Shown here: positions 1 to 8,950 of the stretch, piece by piece
Position numbering within the stretch: the first letter of the stretch is position 1
Layout of the letters: every line of letters begins with the position of its first letter
IMG/VR virus record: IMGVR_UViG_3300020573_000024
Coordinates: 1 to 34,321 of that record
Origin: a virus
Lineage: Duplodnaviria > Caudoviricetes
Length of the DNA: 34,321 bases
Reading direction: 5' to 3' (one strand)
The notes under the pieces: generated by a model
The model's database searches: none
Seen by the model: only the letters and a program-made list of their open reading frames with translations
Told to the model about the DNA's origin: nothing
Made by a program: the position numbers and the translations under genes

Positions 1-348
1 CAACACACCGCGCCGCGCAACCGGCAGATATTCAACAATCGCCTCTGCTGTCGTGCCATAAGCCTTAAGCGCACCAAAAAACGCAGGAGCCGCAGGCGTA
101 CCGAACGACAATTGTGCGGTCGTCAGCGATACCGACGACGATACCTTGATTGACAAAGGCGCATGGCCCTCCGGAATTTCGGCAACCAAATTGTTCTGAC
201 CAATGTTTTTCAGAACATTTGCCTGCGACAAGTCAAAGCGTTCAACAAACGAGCATTTATTGCCGCCATTGACCGCGCCTGGGACTTTCTTGGGGCTTGG
301 ATCGGTGCCGTCGTTGACACCGGTACGATAACTTCCATAACCGGGCAT
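1..348 (-). CDS. Putative capsid decoration/cement protein, 3'-truncated by window edge
   Basis: Not in the ORF track because it has no stop in the window. Manual translation from ATG 348 (SD AAGGAG upstream) gives MPGYGSYRTGVNDGTDPSPKKVPGAVNGG... open to base 1. It lies directly after the major capsid gene; function is inferred from position. Confidence 0.6.
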   Translation of the reverse strand, partial: MPGYGSYRTGVNDGTDPSPKKVPGAVNGGNKCSFVERFDLSQANVLKNIGQNNLVAEIPEGHAPLSIKVSSSVSLTTAQLSFGTPAAPAFFGALKAYGTTAEAIVEYLPVARRGVL

Positions 349-403
349 GATAATTTCTCCTTGATATGTTTGGGGACCAATCCAAACGAAAACACGGGTC
401 GGC

Positions 404-425
404 GACGGGGCGCTGCCGCCCCGTC
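404..425 (-). terminator. GC-rich hairpin after major capsid stop (weak terminator or mRNA-stabilising stem)
   Basis: GACGGGGCG-GCAG-CGCCCCGTC, 9-bp perfect stem; only a weak, displaced U-tract follows. Confidence 0.45.
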
Positions 426-431
426 ACGTCA

Positions 432-1409
432 TCAGCTATTGCCGCATTCGAGAATAAAGCACTTCTTCTCGTCACGACGGGAATAGCGCACATTGGTATA
501 GGCGCTGAACTGCGTTGGGTGGCCGTCCAAGTCGGCGCGAATATCGCGCTTTGTTTGGATGGTTAGCCATTCGCGGCCCGACATGCCCGATGGCACCCAT
601 ACAGGGCACCGACGATGGCCGGAACCATTCACGGCAAGCAGCGAACTTTCGGGATAGGCTTCGCTGTTGGTGAATTCCATCGGCACAAAATGAATGCCCA
701 TAAAGTCCGTAGGCTCACCATCTTGCAACGCTTGCTGCGCACCCGAACTCAACGGCTTACCCGTTTGACTATCGGGGTTGTAATCACGGCTGATATATTC
801 GTTGATTTGCAACAAATCTTCGATTTCTTCCGCGCTAATCCCCATGTGCAATTTTTCGACCGCCGGGTCGATCATCAACTGGCGCGCACGTTTACGGACC
901 CAACGCAATTTTGCCAGCGTCAACCCGCGCATGACAGTATCAAACGCTGTGCCAGTCCAATCCGCAGCAAGCACATTAGCCGAAAGGAAACTGACTTGAT
1001 CGGTGCCTTCCTTGCCTCGATAGGCCGTGCCATAAAGACCGACGAGGAACTCGTCCTGGCGGGCGACTTTAATCGAACGCGCAACATTGGTGGCCAACGG
1101 CGAATCCAGCGGGATTTCGGTTGCAAGCTGGTCGTCCATATCGATTGCCGTATGAACGCTGACGCTATTCTGCTTGTGCACCCAACGGCGCTCGACATCG
1201 GGGTTGCTAAGGCTTACCTTTTGCAACCGACCCTCGATGCGCTTTGCTTTCATCGTGCTAAAACGGTCGGTGATTTCGACCTTTTCACCTGTGCATCCGC
1301 CTCGGAAATCGCACATGGCTTCAAAGCCATCTTTGATTTCTAAAAGCTGGAACTCGACTGCCTTTTCAAATTGTACGGTTGCCATTGTATCGGCATAATC
1401 TTGTGCCAT
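432..1409 (-). CDS. Major capsid protein (BPP-1-like podophage capsid family)
   Basis: ~325 aa after the scaffold gene. Motifs include RRWVH, IDMDDQL, LLQINEYISRDYN, DFMGIHF and a C-terminal RRDEKKCFILEC. Probable start MAQDY at 1409 with SD AAAGGA. Confidence 0.85.
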   Translation of the reverse strand: MAQDYADTMATVQFEKAVEFQLLEIKDGFEAMCDFRGGCTGEKVEITDRFSTMKAKRIEGRLQKVSLSNPDVERRWVHKQNSVSVHTAIDMDDQLATEIPLDSPLATNVARSIKVARQDEFLVGLYGTAYRGKEGTDQVSFLSANVLAADWTGTAFDTVMRGLTLAKLRWVRKRARQLMIDPAVEKLHMGISAEEIEDLLQINEYISRDYNPDSQTGKPLSSGAQQALQDGEPTDFMGIHFVPMEFTNSEAYPESSLLAVNGSGHRRCPVWVPSGMSGREWLTIQTKRDIRADLDGHPTQFSAYTNVRYSRRDEKKCFILECGNS

Positions 1410-1450
1410 TTGGCCATTCCTTTCGCTCAAAATCGTTTTTCATGGATTTC

Positions 1451-1554
1451 AAGCGGGGATGCAGGTTCGCCCTGGGCCGCTCTGGCGCTTTCGGTCCGCT
1501 CGACCCGCCTGTCTTACAGGCTTGCACCAGGGCCGCTATCGCGGGGATGCTGGT
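1451..1554 (-). ncRNA. Structured capsid 5' leader with a duplicated asymmetric internal-loop motif
   Basis: ACCAG-CAUCC-CCGC-GAUA-GCGG-CC-CUGGU (1526-1554) and GAGCGG-CC-CAGG-GCGAA-CCUG-CAUCC-CCGCUU (1451-1482), plus hairpin GCCUGU-AAG-ACAGGC between them. Confidence 0.5.
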
Positions 1555-1611
1555 TATGATCGAGTTGACCTGCCGGATTACAAGTTCGACAGGCCAACAT
1601 TCCGACGCCCC

Positions 1612-1631
1612 TTATTTGTCAAATAGAATAA
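1612..1631 (-). promoter_or_regulatory. Putative capsid promoter (-35 TTGACA) overlapped by an operator-like site
   Basis: Minus strand reads TTATTCTATTTGACAAATAA. The 15-mer TTGTCA-AAT-AGAATA (1616-1630) resembles the operator at 19301-19315. Confidence 0.45.
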
Positions 1632-1637
1632 TTTACG

Positions 1638-2537
1638 TCAAGCAGTTTTTCCACGCTGCTGTTGCGCGTGGCGATCTTGCGCTACCAAACGGGTCAAACG
1701 CTCATATTCTTTTTGCTCTGGCGTCCCGGAAACAAGCGCGTTTTTGCGCCATTCGGGGTTTGTTTGCTTTTCTTTTAAGATACCATCGGCCTGCGCCGCC
1801 GCAACGCCGCCATTCATGCCGGGATTATCGTCACCGCTAATCTGTTCCAGCGGCCCGACTCGGTCGGCCATATCGAACATGAACCGGAGCAGATTGGCGC
1901 TGCCCAATTTGACATCCAGCTCTCCCAAATCTTCTTCCGACAATTGAAGACCGGCTTGTTGCAGCATCAAACCGACCTTGCCCAATTGCGCGTTGTAATT
2001 TGACCCATAGGATTTTTTGAATTCGCTAACCTCGGCTTCGCTGGCATCGCTCTGCGCCTTCGCCTCTGCGGCATAAAATTCATTATTCCAATCGGCGATT
2101 GCCTTGGCTTGCCATGGCTGCAACGCCAGCTCATGTGCCTTCGCACGGAAACCTTCGGCAAATTCGGGCTTATAGCCTTCGGGCACCGTGATGTCGTATA
2201 CCGCCGCATCGGCGGGTCGCAGCGCATCCATAAACGCTTGCTGGCTTTCCGGCGTTTCACCGGGCATCGGCACTTTGCTGGACGCCAGCGCCTTTGTCGA
2301 TTTATGCCCGTTTACAAGATCGTCGAGCGACTTGTAATTGGCAATCGTAGGGTCAGCGCGCAACGCTTCGTCGGTTATGGCCGTCCGCCAATCAGCGCCC
2401 GACTGACCACCATCGCCACCGCTGCCGTCGCCACCCGTCGCGCCTGCCGCCGCTGCGGCGATTGCTACGGCCGCTGCGCCGCCATCGTTATTTTCACCTG
2501 CCGCCCCTGCGGCACCTTCAGTTCCGTCCATTGTCAA
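1638..2537 (-). CDS. Capsid scaffolding/assembly protein
   Basis: Gly/Ala-rich N-terminus, then WRTAITDEALR..YKSLDDLVNGHKSTKAL and a helical acidic body. Located between the portal-associated gene and the capsid. Confidence 0.8.
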   Translation of the reverse strand: MTMDGTEGAAGAAGENNDGGAAAVAIAAAAAGATGGDGSGGDGGQSGADWRTAITDEALRADPTIANYKSLDDLVNGHKSTKALASSKVPMPGETPESQQAFMDALRPADAAVYDITVPEGYKPEFAEGFRAKAHELALQPWQAKAIADWNNEFYAAEAKAQSDASEAEVSEFKKSYGSNYNAQLGKVGLMLQQAGLQLSEEDLGELDVKLGSANLLRFMFDMADRVGPLEQISGDDNPGMNGGVAAAQADGILKEKQTNPEWRKNALVSGTPEQKEYERLTRLVAQDRHAQQQRGKTA

Positions 2538-2901
2538 TTTCCTCTAATTTTCTGTGCAAGGTATCGATTTGGCGAGGGTTAATCGCCAAAAGGTCGATGA
2601 GGTAACGGACGATGTGTTGGCCACCGTCCCGAAATAATCGCAAATCTGCATCTGGAACAAACCCGCGCCGGTTCATCCCCGCTTCACGGGCCAAGTCGGA
2701 AAACAAGGCGGCGGCATCGTCGGTAACATTGCCGTCTTTGTCGAGGAACAAGCGCCGCGCCGGGCCTGTGCGTTTGGACAGGCGCGCGGCTTGGCGCTTT
2801 AATCCTGCGCGATTTTCCTGTGCCGCACCGATGGCGGCCTGCATATCGGCCTTAAGCGACATTGCCCTGCGCCTGGCTAAGTTTCTGTGTGACATCGGCA
2901 A
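2518..2901 (-). CDS. Bbp19-like head-associated protein
   Basis: Sits between portal and scaffold; motif DADLRLFRDGGQHIVRYLIDLL resembles the D..TAF.EG.R.V...I pattern of this family. Start uncertain. Confidence 0.65.
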   Translation of the reverse strand: MPMSHRNLARRRAMSLKADMQAAIGAAQENRAGLKRQAARLSKRTGPARRLFLDKDGNVTDDAAALFSDLAREAGMNRRGFVPDADLRLFRDGGQHIVRYLIDLLAINPRQIDTLHRKLEEIDNGRN

Positions 2902-4498
2902 TTACGGGTGCAACTTCGGTCAGGTTCGCCATTTCCTGTTGCTGCGCATCGGCGGCGTCGCTTTCTTCCAATTCGGCTTCGGTCGCGGCCCAGCTTGCGG
3001 GGATCGCCTCAATTTCGGCTAGGCCGGGAACGACCTTGCGCAACGGATAGAGCGAGATAAATTCCTTGACCGCTTCGGGCGCATATTGGCCCATGGTCAA
3101 CACTTGGTTGGCAACGCGGAAATATCCGCCCGCTTGTTCGGCGCGCTGCGCACGGGTTAACGGATTGTCGTAAATTAACGCTTTTTCGCCGCCCGCTTCG
3201 CGCACTTCTCCGGGCATATCGTCAAAATCGCCCAGCAACGCCATGCACTCGATTTCCGCATCATTCATCGGCGAAAACCACTCGTCCATCTGCCGTGCCA
3301 AAGGCTGCAACAGCACGCCTTTTTCCTGCAACCGCTCATAAAGCTGGCTATCGGTCACATGGCTTTTCATGTCTTTGTTGCCCAACAACATGTCGCGGAA
3401 GAACGCTTTGTCAATAATCGCGTATAACCGTTCCTGAATCGTCATGGCGGGCGTCGCATCGCCAACGTCGAACAGGCGCTGCACCATCGGTTCGCCGCGC
3501 GCGTTTATGGCGCCATAGCTTATCTGCCGCGCGCCATAGATCAATTGCTGGTCAAGCATGTCTTCATGCGCGGCAAGTGGTGGCATCAACGCCATTTCGG
3601 CCCCAACCATCAAATCGATGTTGATTGCCTGCAATTCCTTAAGCGCGGGCAGGATATCAACCCCGCGACCGCGACCATATTTTTCCGTCGGGCTTTTATT
3701 CAATCGCGAATAGGTCAGCCGTGCCGACCCGTAACCGCCATGGTCGATAACGGACTTGTCTGAAATCGACACATAGCAACTGATAAAGGGGCGACCTGCA
3801 TAATCGGCGCGACCCTCGACTATTGACGGGTTCGGCTCGATCCGGTGCAAAAATTTATACTTGTTCGCCTTTGTCTTTGGATCCTGCGATGCCTTCCACA
3901 CCGTCGGCGCAGCTTCCAGCTTCTTGCCCCATTTCAAAAACGCTTGCTCGGCGGACAATTCAAGGCAACGGTGGGTGCGATAGATTGTGCCCTGCCAATC
4001 TTCATCGACCCAAAGCGAACCGATATGCTCTGACCGATATTTCAGGCCAACGGGCTTTTGCGTGCGGTGGTCCCAACGCAAATCGACGCTCATACCCTGA
4101 TTGCCAAATGCCAACAGGCTGGCGGCGCTTTCACCGCATTGGTCGGCAAAACCGCTGCGATATTCGTTTCGATAGAAATTTAGCCGGTTGGTCTTGGCCT
4201 CAAACCACGTCGCAACTGTTTTGCTTTTCATCAATTCCGGCTCTGCCGCGACTATGCGTTGAAAGCCTTGCGGCATGACATAGCTGGTAAAAACAGATTT
4301 ACCGTCGTCCAGCGCTTGTGTCCCATAAGGATCAAATATCTGGTTAGTCCGCTCTGCGCCTGCGGTTGAATTCTGGCTGTTAAACTCGGCCTGACGGGGA
4401 AGGATCAAGTCGGCGACTTCACCCCATTGCGTATCGAAATTCGACCGCTCACCGACCATGCGTTGATGATCGGACATGATATGCTGCGCGTCGAACAT
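2852..4498 (-). CDS. Portal (head-to-tail connector) protein, podovirus type
   Basis: ~548 aa; motifs ERSNFDTQWGEVADLILPR, LLAFGNQGM, EKYGRGRG, YDNPLTRAQR. Probable start MFDAQ at 4498 with SD AGGGGAAGG. Confidence 0.9.
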   Translation of the reverse strand: MFDAQHIMSDHQRMVGERSNFDTQWGEVADLILPRQAEFNSQNSTAGAERTNQIFDPYGTQALDDGKSVFTSYVMPQGFQRIVAAEPELMKSKTVATWFEAKTNRLNFYRNEYRSGFADQCGESAASLLAFGNQGMSVDLRWDHRTQKPVGLKYRSEHIGSLWVDEDWQGTIYRTHRCLELSAEQAFLKWGKKLEAAPTVWKASQDPKTKANKYKFLHRIEPNPSIVEGRADYAGRPFISCYVSISDKSVIDHGGYGSARLTYSRLNKSPTEKYGRGRGVDILPALKELQAINIDLMVGAEMALMPPLAAHEDMLDQQLIYGARQISYGAINARGEPMVQRLFDVGDATPAMTIQERLYAIIDKAFFRDMLLGNKDMKSHVTDSQLYERLQEKGVLLQPLARQMDEWFSPMNDAEIECMALLGDFDDMPGEVREAGGEKALIYDNPLTRAQRAEQAGGYFRVANQVLTMGQYAPEAVKEFISLYPLRKVVPGLAEIEAIPASWAATEAELEESDAADAQQQEMANLTEVAPVIADVTQKLSQAQGNVA

Positions 4499-4519
4499 GA
4501 ACCTTCCCCTTACTGACAA

Positions 4520-5314
4520 TTAACCGATGGCGCGGAACAACAGGCTGTTCGCTGGAAAGCCTGCTTTGCGACCTTCACCAACCCAAAATGGCTGCACAAT
4601 TTCGCAGCGCAAAACGGGGCCCTCCCCGCCGACAAAAATTTGACCTTCTTCCCCGCCGCCATCAACCTTGCGCAGCGTAAGCCGCGCAAAGCGGAACCGC
4701 TCTGGAAGGTTGCCGACCTCAATAGGGATTTTTATCGAAACGCCGCGATCCTTATGGATATCCATGTCCGCTTTCGGGTCGATATCTAGCTTGAAATCGA
4801 TGCAATATGTCGCGCCATCATCGGCCAAAATCACATATTCGGCATCAAGGTCGATCAGATTGGCATAATCGGCTTGTCCGCCCAACACCGCGTTTTCGGC
4901 ATCTGCATTAAACAATTCTGCGACATGTTCCTTGTCCGAGCGCCGCCGACGCTGCGCTTGTTTGGCCGCCTTGGCCTCTTCTTTGGCCTTATCGGCAATT
5001 TCTTCGGCCTTAGCGGCGGCGGCGGCGGCACTGGCCTCGGCACGCTCTTGGCGCTCCCGCTCGGCTTTCGCTTCGGACGTTTCCGGCATAGCCGCGGCGA
5101 CCAAATCGGGCAGGTTTTTGTCAAGATATGAGGTGACAACTTCAAGAATAGCCGCCGCGAAATCGTATTGATCGCTTGTCCTTTCTGTCAAATGCTTATG
5201 AACTGCGCTGGCTACCGCTGCTTTGAATACGCCGCTTTCGAATAGCTTTTCAGGCACGACAACCTCTGGTTGCCGCACTTCGTCGGTTACTAGCTTTTTT
5301 ACTGGCTTTTCCAT
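4520..5314 (-). CDS. Hypothetical protein with central Ala/Glu/Lys coiled coil
   Basis: 264-aa ORF with SD, filling the gap between the 77-aa gene and the portal in the late operon. Confidence 0.7.
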   Translation of the reverse strand: MEKPVKKLVTDEVRQPEVVVPEKLFESGVFKAAVASAVHKHLTERTSDQYDFAAAILEVVTSYLDKNLPDLVAAAMPETSEAKAERERQERAEASAAAAAAKAEEIADKAKEEAKAAKQAQRRRRSDKEHVAELFNADAENAVLGGQADYANLIDLDAEYVILADDGATYCIDFKLDIDPKADMDIHKDRGVSIKIPIEVGNLPERFRFARLTLRKVDGGGEEGQIFVGGEGPVLRCEIVQPFWVGEGRKAGFPANSLLFRAIG

Positions 5315-5331
5315 CTTAAATTCCCTTCGTT

Positions 5332-5565
5332 TTAGGTTCCAAGCTGGCGTTTGCCAGTGGACGATTCAGCGCCCATTGCGCCCAAAATCGCGTTCGACGC
5401 CGCTCCGCGCCTCCGCGAAAGCCTGTCGCGCGCAAAAACATCCTCCGCGCCCGTATCTCTTGTTTGCTGGATTTGCGGCGCTGGCGCTTCTTTCTTTTTT
5501 TTTCCGGCCAACAAGCCTGCAACGCCAAAAAGTCCTTTGGTCAAAAGAGGTTTCAACAATGCCAT
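5332..5565 (-). CDS. Small virion-associated protein
   Basis: 77 aa, start overlaps the terL stop. The RRRG..S.IL...G.....K..LG ending is typical of the small gene preceding podophage portals. Confidence 0.65.
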   Translation of the reverse strand: MALLKPLLTKGLFGVAGLLAGKKKKEAPAPQIQQTRDTGAEDVFARDRLSRRRGAASNAILGAMGAESSTGKRQLGT

Positions 5566-7124
5566 TATCTCACTCCCGCAGCTGCATATCCGGTGAATTT
5601 TGTGCGCCGATGGCTATGGCGGCGTTGGTCGCGATCCTGCCGCTGCCCCTCGATCGCAGAGCCGCGCATTTTATAGCCCAAAACGCCATGCTCTATCGCG
5701 TTGGCGACATGCGAAAATGGCCCTTTGTCGGGCTTTGCGCTTAACGATAGCCCGGTCGAAGTCTTACGCTGGACAAGAATATATCCACCCGAAAGCGCGC
5801 GGCGCAACACAGGGCAATCACTGCCAACAAGCACACCGGGTTGCCCGCCGGGCGACGAGTTAAACCAATGGCGCATAGCCTCCAGACGCGGTTCAACCCT
5901 GTTTGCCGCATCCCCGCCCGCTTTATATTTGCACGGAAATTCAGCCTTCAAAACGCGCAGCCATTCGTAGGAATCTTCTTCCTGCCCAAAATCAATTGAC
6001 GGGTCATAGAATACGCATTTGACCTCTCGATCACCGAAATGGTCGAGAACATGCTCGCGCATCAATTCGCCGAAATGCGCTGGGCCAAGCCGGTCAAGAT
6101 AGATGTTTTCGCCGGAGCTTGTTTTTTTCGGGTCGTAAATCACGACCTCGCTCAATAGCCTCAGATAGCCCGGCACCTGAAAAAACACCGCCGCAGGGGT
6201 TCGCCCCCCGTCTATTCCTACATAAATCGGATAATCCGAAAGCGGCGCAAGACGCTGGCCGGCATAATGCAGACCGGGATTATATTCGGGATATACCGGC
6301 TGACCATCGACCGTCGTGCCAAATTCATTATCGACCATGCGGCGCAGCATGTTTGGCTTTTTCGATAGCGCCATGACTTGCTGCAAATAATATCCGGGCG
6401 GCAAGTTGGCTAGATTTTCAGGCGGCGGATCGACGGAACGGCCACCCGGCTGCCGATAGAAACCTACCCCGAACAATGGTCCTAATTGCGCCCGCAATTC
6501 CGCTTCTAATTCCGCATCAAGCCCAAGATTGTTATCGACAAATAAATCATACACCCAATTGTCGATATCGGGCGCGTTAAAATCCATGATGATGCCCGAC
6601 CACGCGCAACCACCCAGCTTTGCATCGGGATAGCGGCCAATACGGGTCATACCGAAATAATATACGCTCGGGTCGACGGTATCGGCTTCGTTAATCCAGA
6701 TCAGCGTCAATTCAAGACCGCGCAAAACCTCCTCTGCGCTGCGTTCATTTAACGCGATGAAGTGCATTTCAATGTAAATGCGGATTGTCTCACCTGTCTG
6801 TGGATTAAGCCAGTTCAGATTAAGCTCGTGGACAAGATTTTTGCCGTTCCACTTGCCAATATCCTTCGGAAACCAGCCAAACCAGCTTTTGAGGACGTTG
6901 CGTTCCAACTGCGGATATGTGTTGCGGATAGCCGCCCCGCGCACGCGCCGAACGCCGTCAGGCCCCGGATTTTGCTTCAAAGCGGCGGTAATGATTTTGC
7001 GGATGCAGCTTGTGGTTTTTGCCGAACCGACCGGCCCCATTATGCCTGTGATTTTGCGCCAATCATTGACGAAAGCCTCTGCAATCGGCCCCACAGGTGC
7101 CATCATGGCCGCAATACCGCTCAT
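5565..7124 (-). CDS. terL: Terminase large subunit
   Basis: Walker A GPVGSAKTT, Walker B IWINEA, coupling motif DFNAP, nuclease motif GIDGGRTPAAVF, C-terminal PDKGPFSHVANA. Confidence 0.92.
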   Translation of the reverse strand: MSGIAAMMAPVGPIAEAFVNDWRKITGIMGPVGSAKTTSCIRKIITAALKQNPGPDGVRRVRGAAIRNTYPQLERNVLKSWFGWFPKDIGKWNGKNLVHELNLNWLNPQTGETIRIYIEMHFIALNERSAEEVLRGLELTLIWINEADTVDPSVYYFGMTRIGRYPDAKLGGCAWSGIIMDFNAPDIDNWVYDLFVDNNLGLDAELEAELRAQLGPLFGVGFYRQPGGRSVDPPPENLANLPPGYYLQQVMALSKKPNMLRRMVDNEFGTTVDGQPVYPEYNPGLHYAGQRLAPLSDYPIYVGIDGGRTPAAVFFQVPGYLRLLSEVVIYDPKKTSSGENIYLDRLGPAHFGELMREHVLDHFGDREVKCVFYDPSIDFGQEEDSYEWLRVLKAEFPCKYKAGGDAANRVEPRLEAMRHWFNSSPGGQPGVLVGSDCPVLRRALSGGYILVQRKTSTGLSLSAKPDKGPFSHVANAIEHGVLGYKMRGSAIEGQRQDRDQRRHSHRRTKFTGYAAAGVR

Positions 7125-7738
7125 GCGTCATCGCCATCATCATCGGGCAAGCGATATTCGCCATCGACAATTCGGAAATCCAACACTTGCCCCGAATCAA
7201 TGGTGCCCGCCTGCACCGCGTCACCGATCCGCTTCATGACTTCACCGACCGGGCCTATATCGCCCTGCCCCGGCGCGACAAAACCGACAATCGTGCCATC
7301 GACGCGATGATCGACCGCGACTTCGGTTGGTTTCTTACTGTGAACATAATCTGCCACTGCTTTTGCTGCCTGTAATTGCAGCGATAATGCCTTAACCGCG
7401 AGATCACCGGGCGGGGCCTTACCACTTCCCGGTGCTGCCAGCTTGATAAGTTCGACCGCTTGATCGAGTGGCATCGAATAAATGCTAGCCATAAACAGAA
7501 CCGGATCACCCGACTGCTGGCAAATCAGTTTTGCCAAAACCTGATTGCGCTTGTTTTCCGACCCAGGCGGGCGTCCTGCCTTTTTTTGCCGCGCGAGCTG
7601 AAACACATTTTTCGGAAGACTGCCGCGATCATCCCGCAGCAAATCCAGTTGATCAGCTTCCATCGGCGCGCCCAAAATCGCGCTGCCATCCGCCACTTCA
7701 CGGAACGCGTTTTCAAGGGCCGAAGTCTTAGTTGACAT
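7121..7738 (-). CDS. terS: Terminase small subunit
   Basis: Immediately upstream of and overlapping terL. Motifs GRPPGSENKR and QAAKAVADYVHSKKP. Probable start MSTKT at 7738. Confidence 0.75.
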   Translation of the reverse strand: MSTKTSALENAFREVADGSAILGAPMEADQLDLLRDDRGSLPKNVFQLARQKKAGRPPGSENKRNQVLAKLICQQSGDPVLFMASIYSMPLDQAVELIKLAAPGSGKAPPGDLAVKALSLQLQAAKAVADYVHSKKPTEVAVDHRVDGTIVGFVAPGQGDIGPVGEVMKRIGDAVQAGTIDSGQVLDFRIVDGEYRLPDDDGDDA

Positions 7739-8199
7739 GACACGCAACCGGGCATAGCTTCCCGATTCCGTTCAACCCAAAGCGACCGGAAAGCATCGCT
7801 TGCACCCCTACCCGAGCCTTCAAAATTTGGCTTTTGCCTATTGGGCGGCGCGCTAAGCGTCTGTTCAAAACGCTTTCGCGCACCGCCCGCACCCCCGACC
7901 CCATTCGGCCTCGATAGATTTTGCGCACCCTGACGAGGAAATCCTCAAGCCAGCAAAGCGTGGTGCACGATATCGAGGGCAATTCCGGCCCGAGGTGATC
8001 CTTTTTCAAAAACTGCCAGCGCGGCTTGCGCGACGGGCATAGAGACAGCGCGGGCGGGCCAAAGGGGGTTGCACCCCCCTGCCGCGCGGGCGTCTGGAAA
8101 CGCGATGCCACCCCCCCAGCAGCGCCAAGAGGCCAGTTGCGCGTCAAATTCCCAATTAGCAGACATGCCTTTCCAAACGGTGCATTTGCGCGGCTTTCC

Positions 8200-8263
8200 C
8201 GAAACCAGACAGACAAAACCAGACAGACTCCGGCGCGATCAACGCTCTGAAACCCGCAGAAAT
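8200..8263 (-). repeat. Tandem GTCTGTCTGGTTT repeats plus ATTTCTGCGGGTT, identical to motifs flanking attP
   Basis: 8200-8214 is the reverse complement of 24419-24433 (15/15). 8222-8233 is the reverse complement of 24229-24240 (12/12). 8251-8263 is the reverse complement of 24295-24307 (13/13). Confidence 0.85.
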
Positions 8264-8485
8264 CCGTCGATAGGATGCCAACGCCGGTCGCGGCCAATGC
8301 CCGCGCAGCCGTATCGCAAAATCCGCCGTCGACCCGCCCGCCGACGCGCAACGCGCCCCGATCCGCAAATTTTTCTGGAGCCAGACGCCCGACGCCCCCC
8401 CGCGACACGTGTGCACAGAGCGAACCGGAATATCCGGCCCCTATTTTATTCATCCGCGCAGAATTGATCGAAGTCATGGGCCGCG

Positions 8486-8518
8486 TTGCTATCACGCAAT
8501 TCATCTATTTGGCAATAA
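8486..8518 (-). promoter_or_regulatory. Putative late promoter driving terS-capsid through a ~750-nt leader
   Basis: Minus strand TTGCCA-18nt-TAGCAA. The 15-mer TTATTGCCAAATAGA (8504-8518) is identical to 30322-30336 upstream of the tail spike gene. Confidence 0.5.
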
Positions 8519-8529
8519 CCCATCTATGC

Positions 8530-8745
8530 CGTTCTGAATGTTCTATCTATAGAACAGCCGAAGTATATGTAATAAAACGTAAATCAGGCGCTTGTTCTAC
8601 GTTCTATGTCTCGCGCGCGCATAAGGCGCGTGTGCACATACCGCGCATGGAGGCCTTGACCGGTAGAACAGAACGCCAGAACATTTGCACAACATATTGA
8701 TATTGCTCACTTATGCTAAAACAACGTCAGAACATCCGGAACACC
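8530..8745. repeat. Putative replication origin: convergent GTTCT/AGAAC iterons around a (GC)n core
   Basis: TGTTCTA/GTTCT at 8531, 8539, 8593, 8601; TAGAACA/AGAAC at 8550, 8664, 8670, 8677, 8728, and GAAC at 8739. Central TCGCGCGCGCATAAGGCGCGTGTG with AT-rich, IHF-like spacers. This layout is what I associate with primase-helicase phage origins; the function is inferred. Confidence 0.6.
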
Positions 8746-8950
8746 CCTGACCCACGAGGCACAGCCAAAATCGGCCCCAATCTTTGATTGTAATCTTTGG
8801 GTCGGGGATCGGGTAAACCGATGCATAAGCACCCGCGCGACCACAAATAGCAGCTTGTCTCAACGGGTCGGGGCGAAGAATGAGGATCCGATGCGCACCG
8901 CGCGCCGTTGGCGCGCTGCATCGGCGAGAATGGCGGAAATCTGCGATAAT

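Noticed and set aside
615-1343. 242-aa plus-strand ORF
   Set aside because: Antisense shadow of the major capsid gene.
7630-7665. QLDLL in TerS, and DLF in the 20749 and 11163 genes, as clamp motifs
   Set aside because: Internal or partial matches of a short motif; not supportable without a conservation analysis.
7728-8504. 258-aa minus-strand ORF and overlapping plus-strand ORFs in the late leader
   Set aside because: It starts inside the predicted promoter, has low-complexity Arg/Gly/Ala composition, no recognisable motif, and spans repeats. Treated as chance ORFs in GC-rich non-coding DNA.
8530-8745. GTTC/GAAC repeats as alphaproteobacterial LexA boxes
   Set aside because: Spacings between neighbouring half-sites are 1, 3, 4, 5 or 9 nt, not GTTC-N7-GTTC; the layout fits iterons better.
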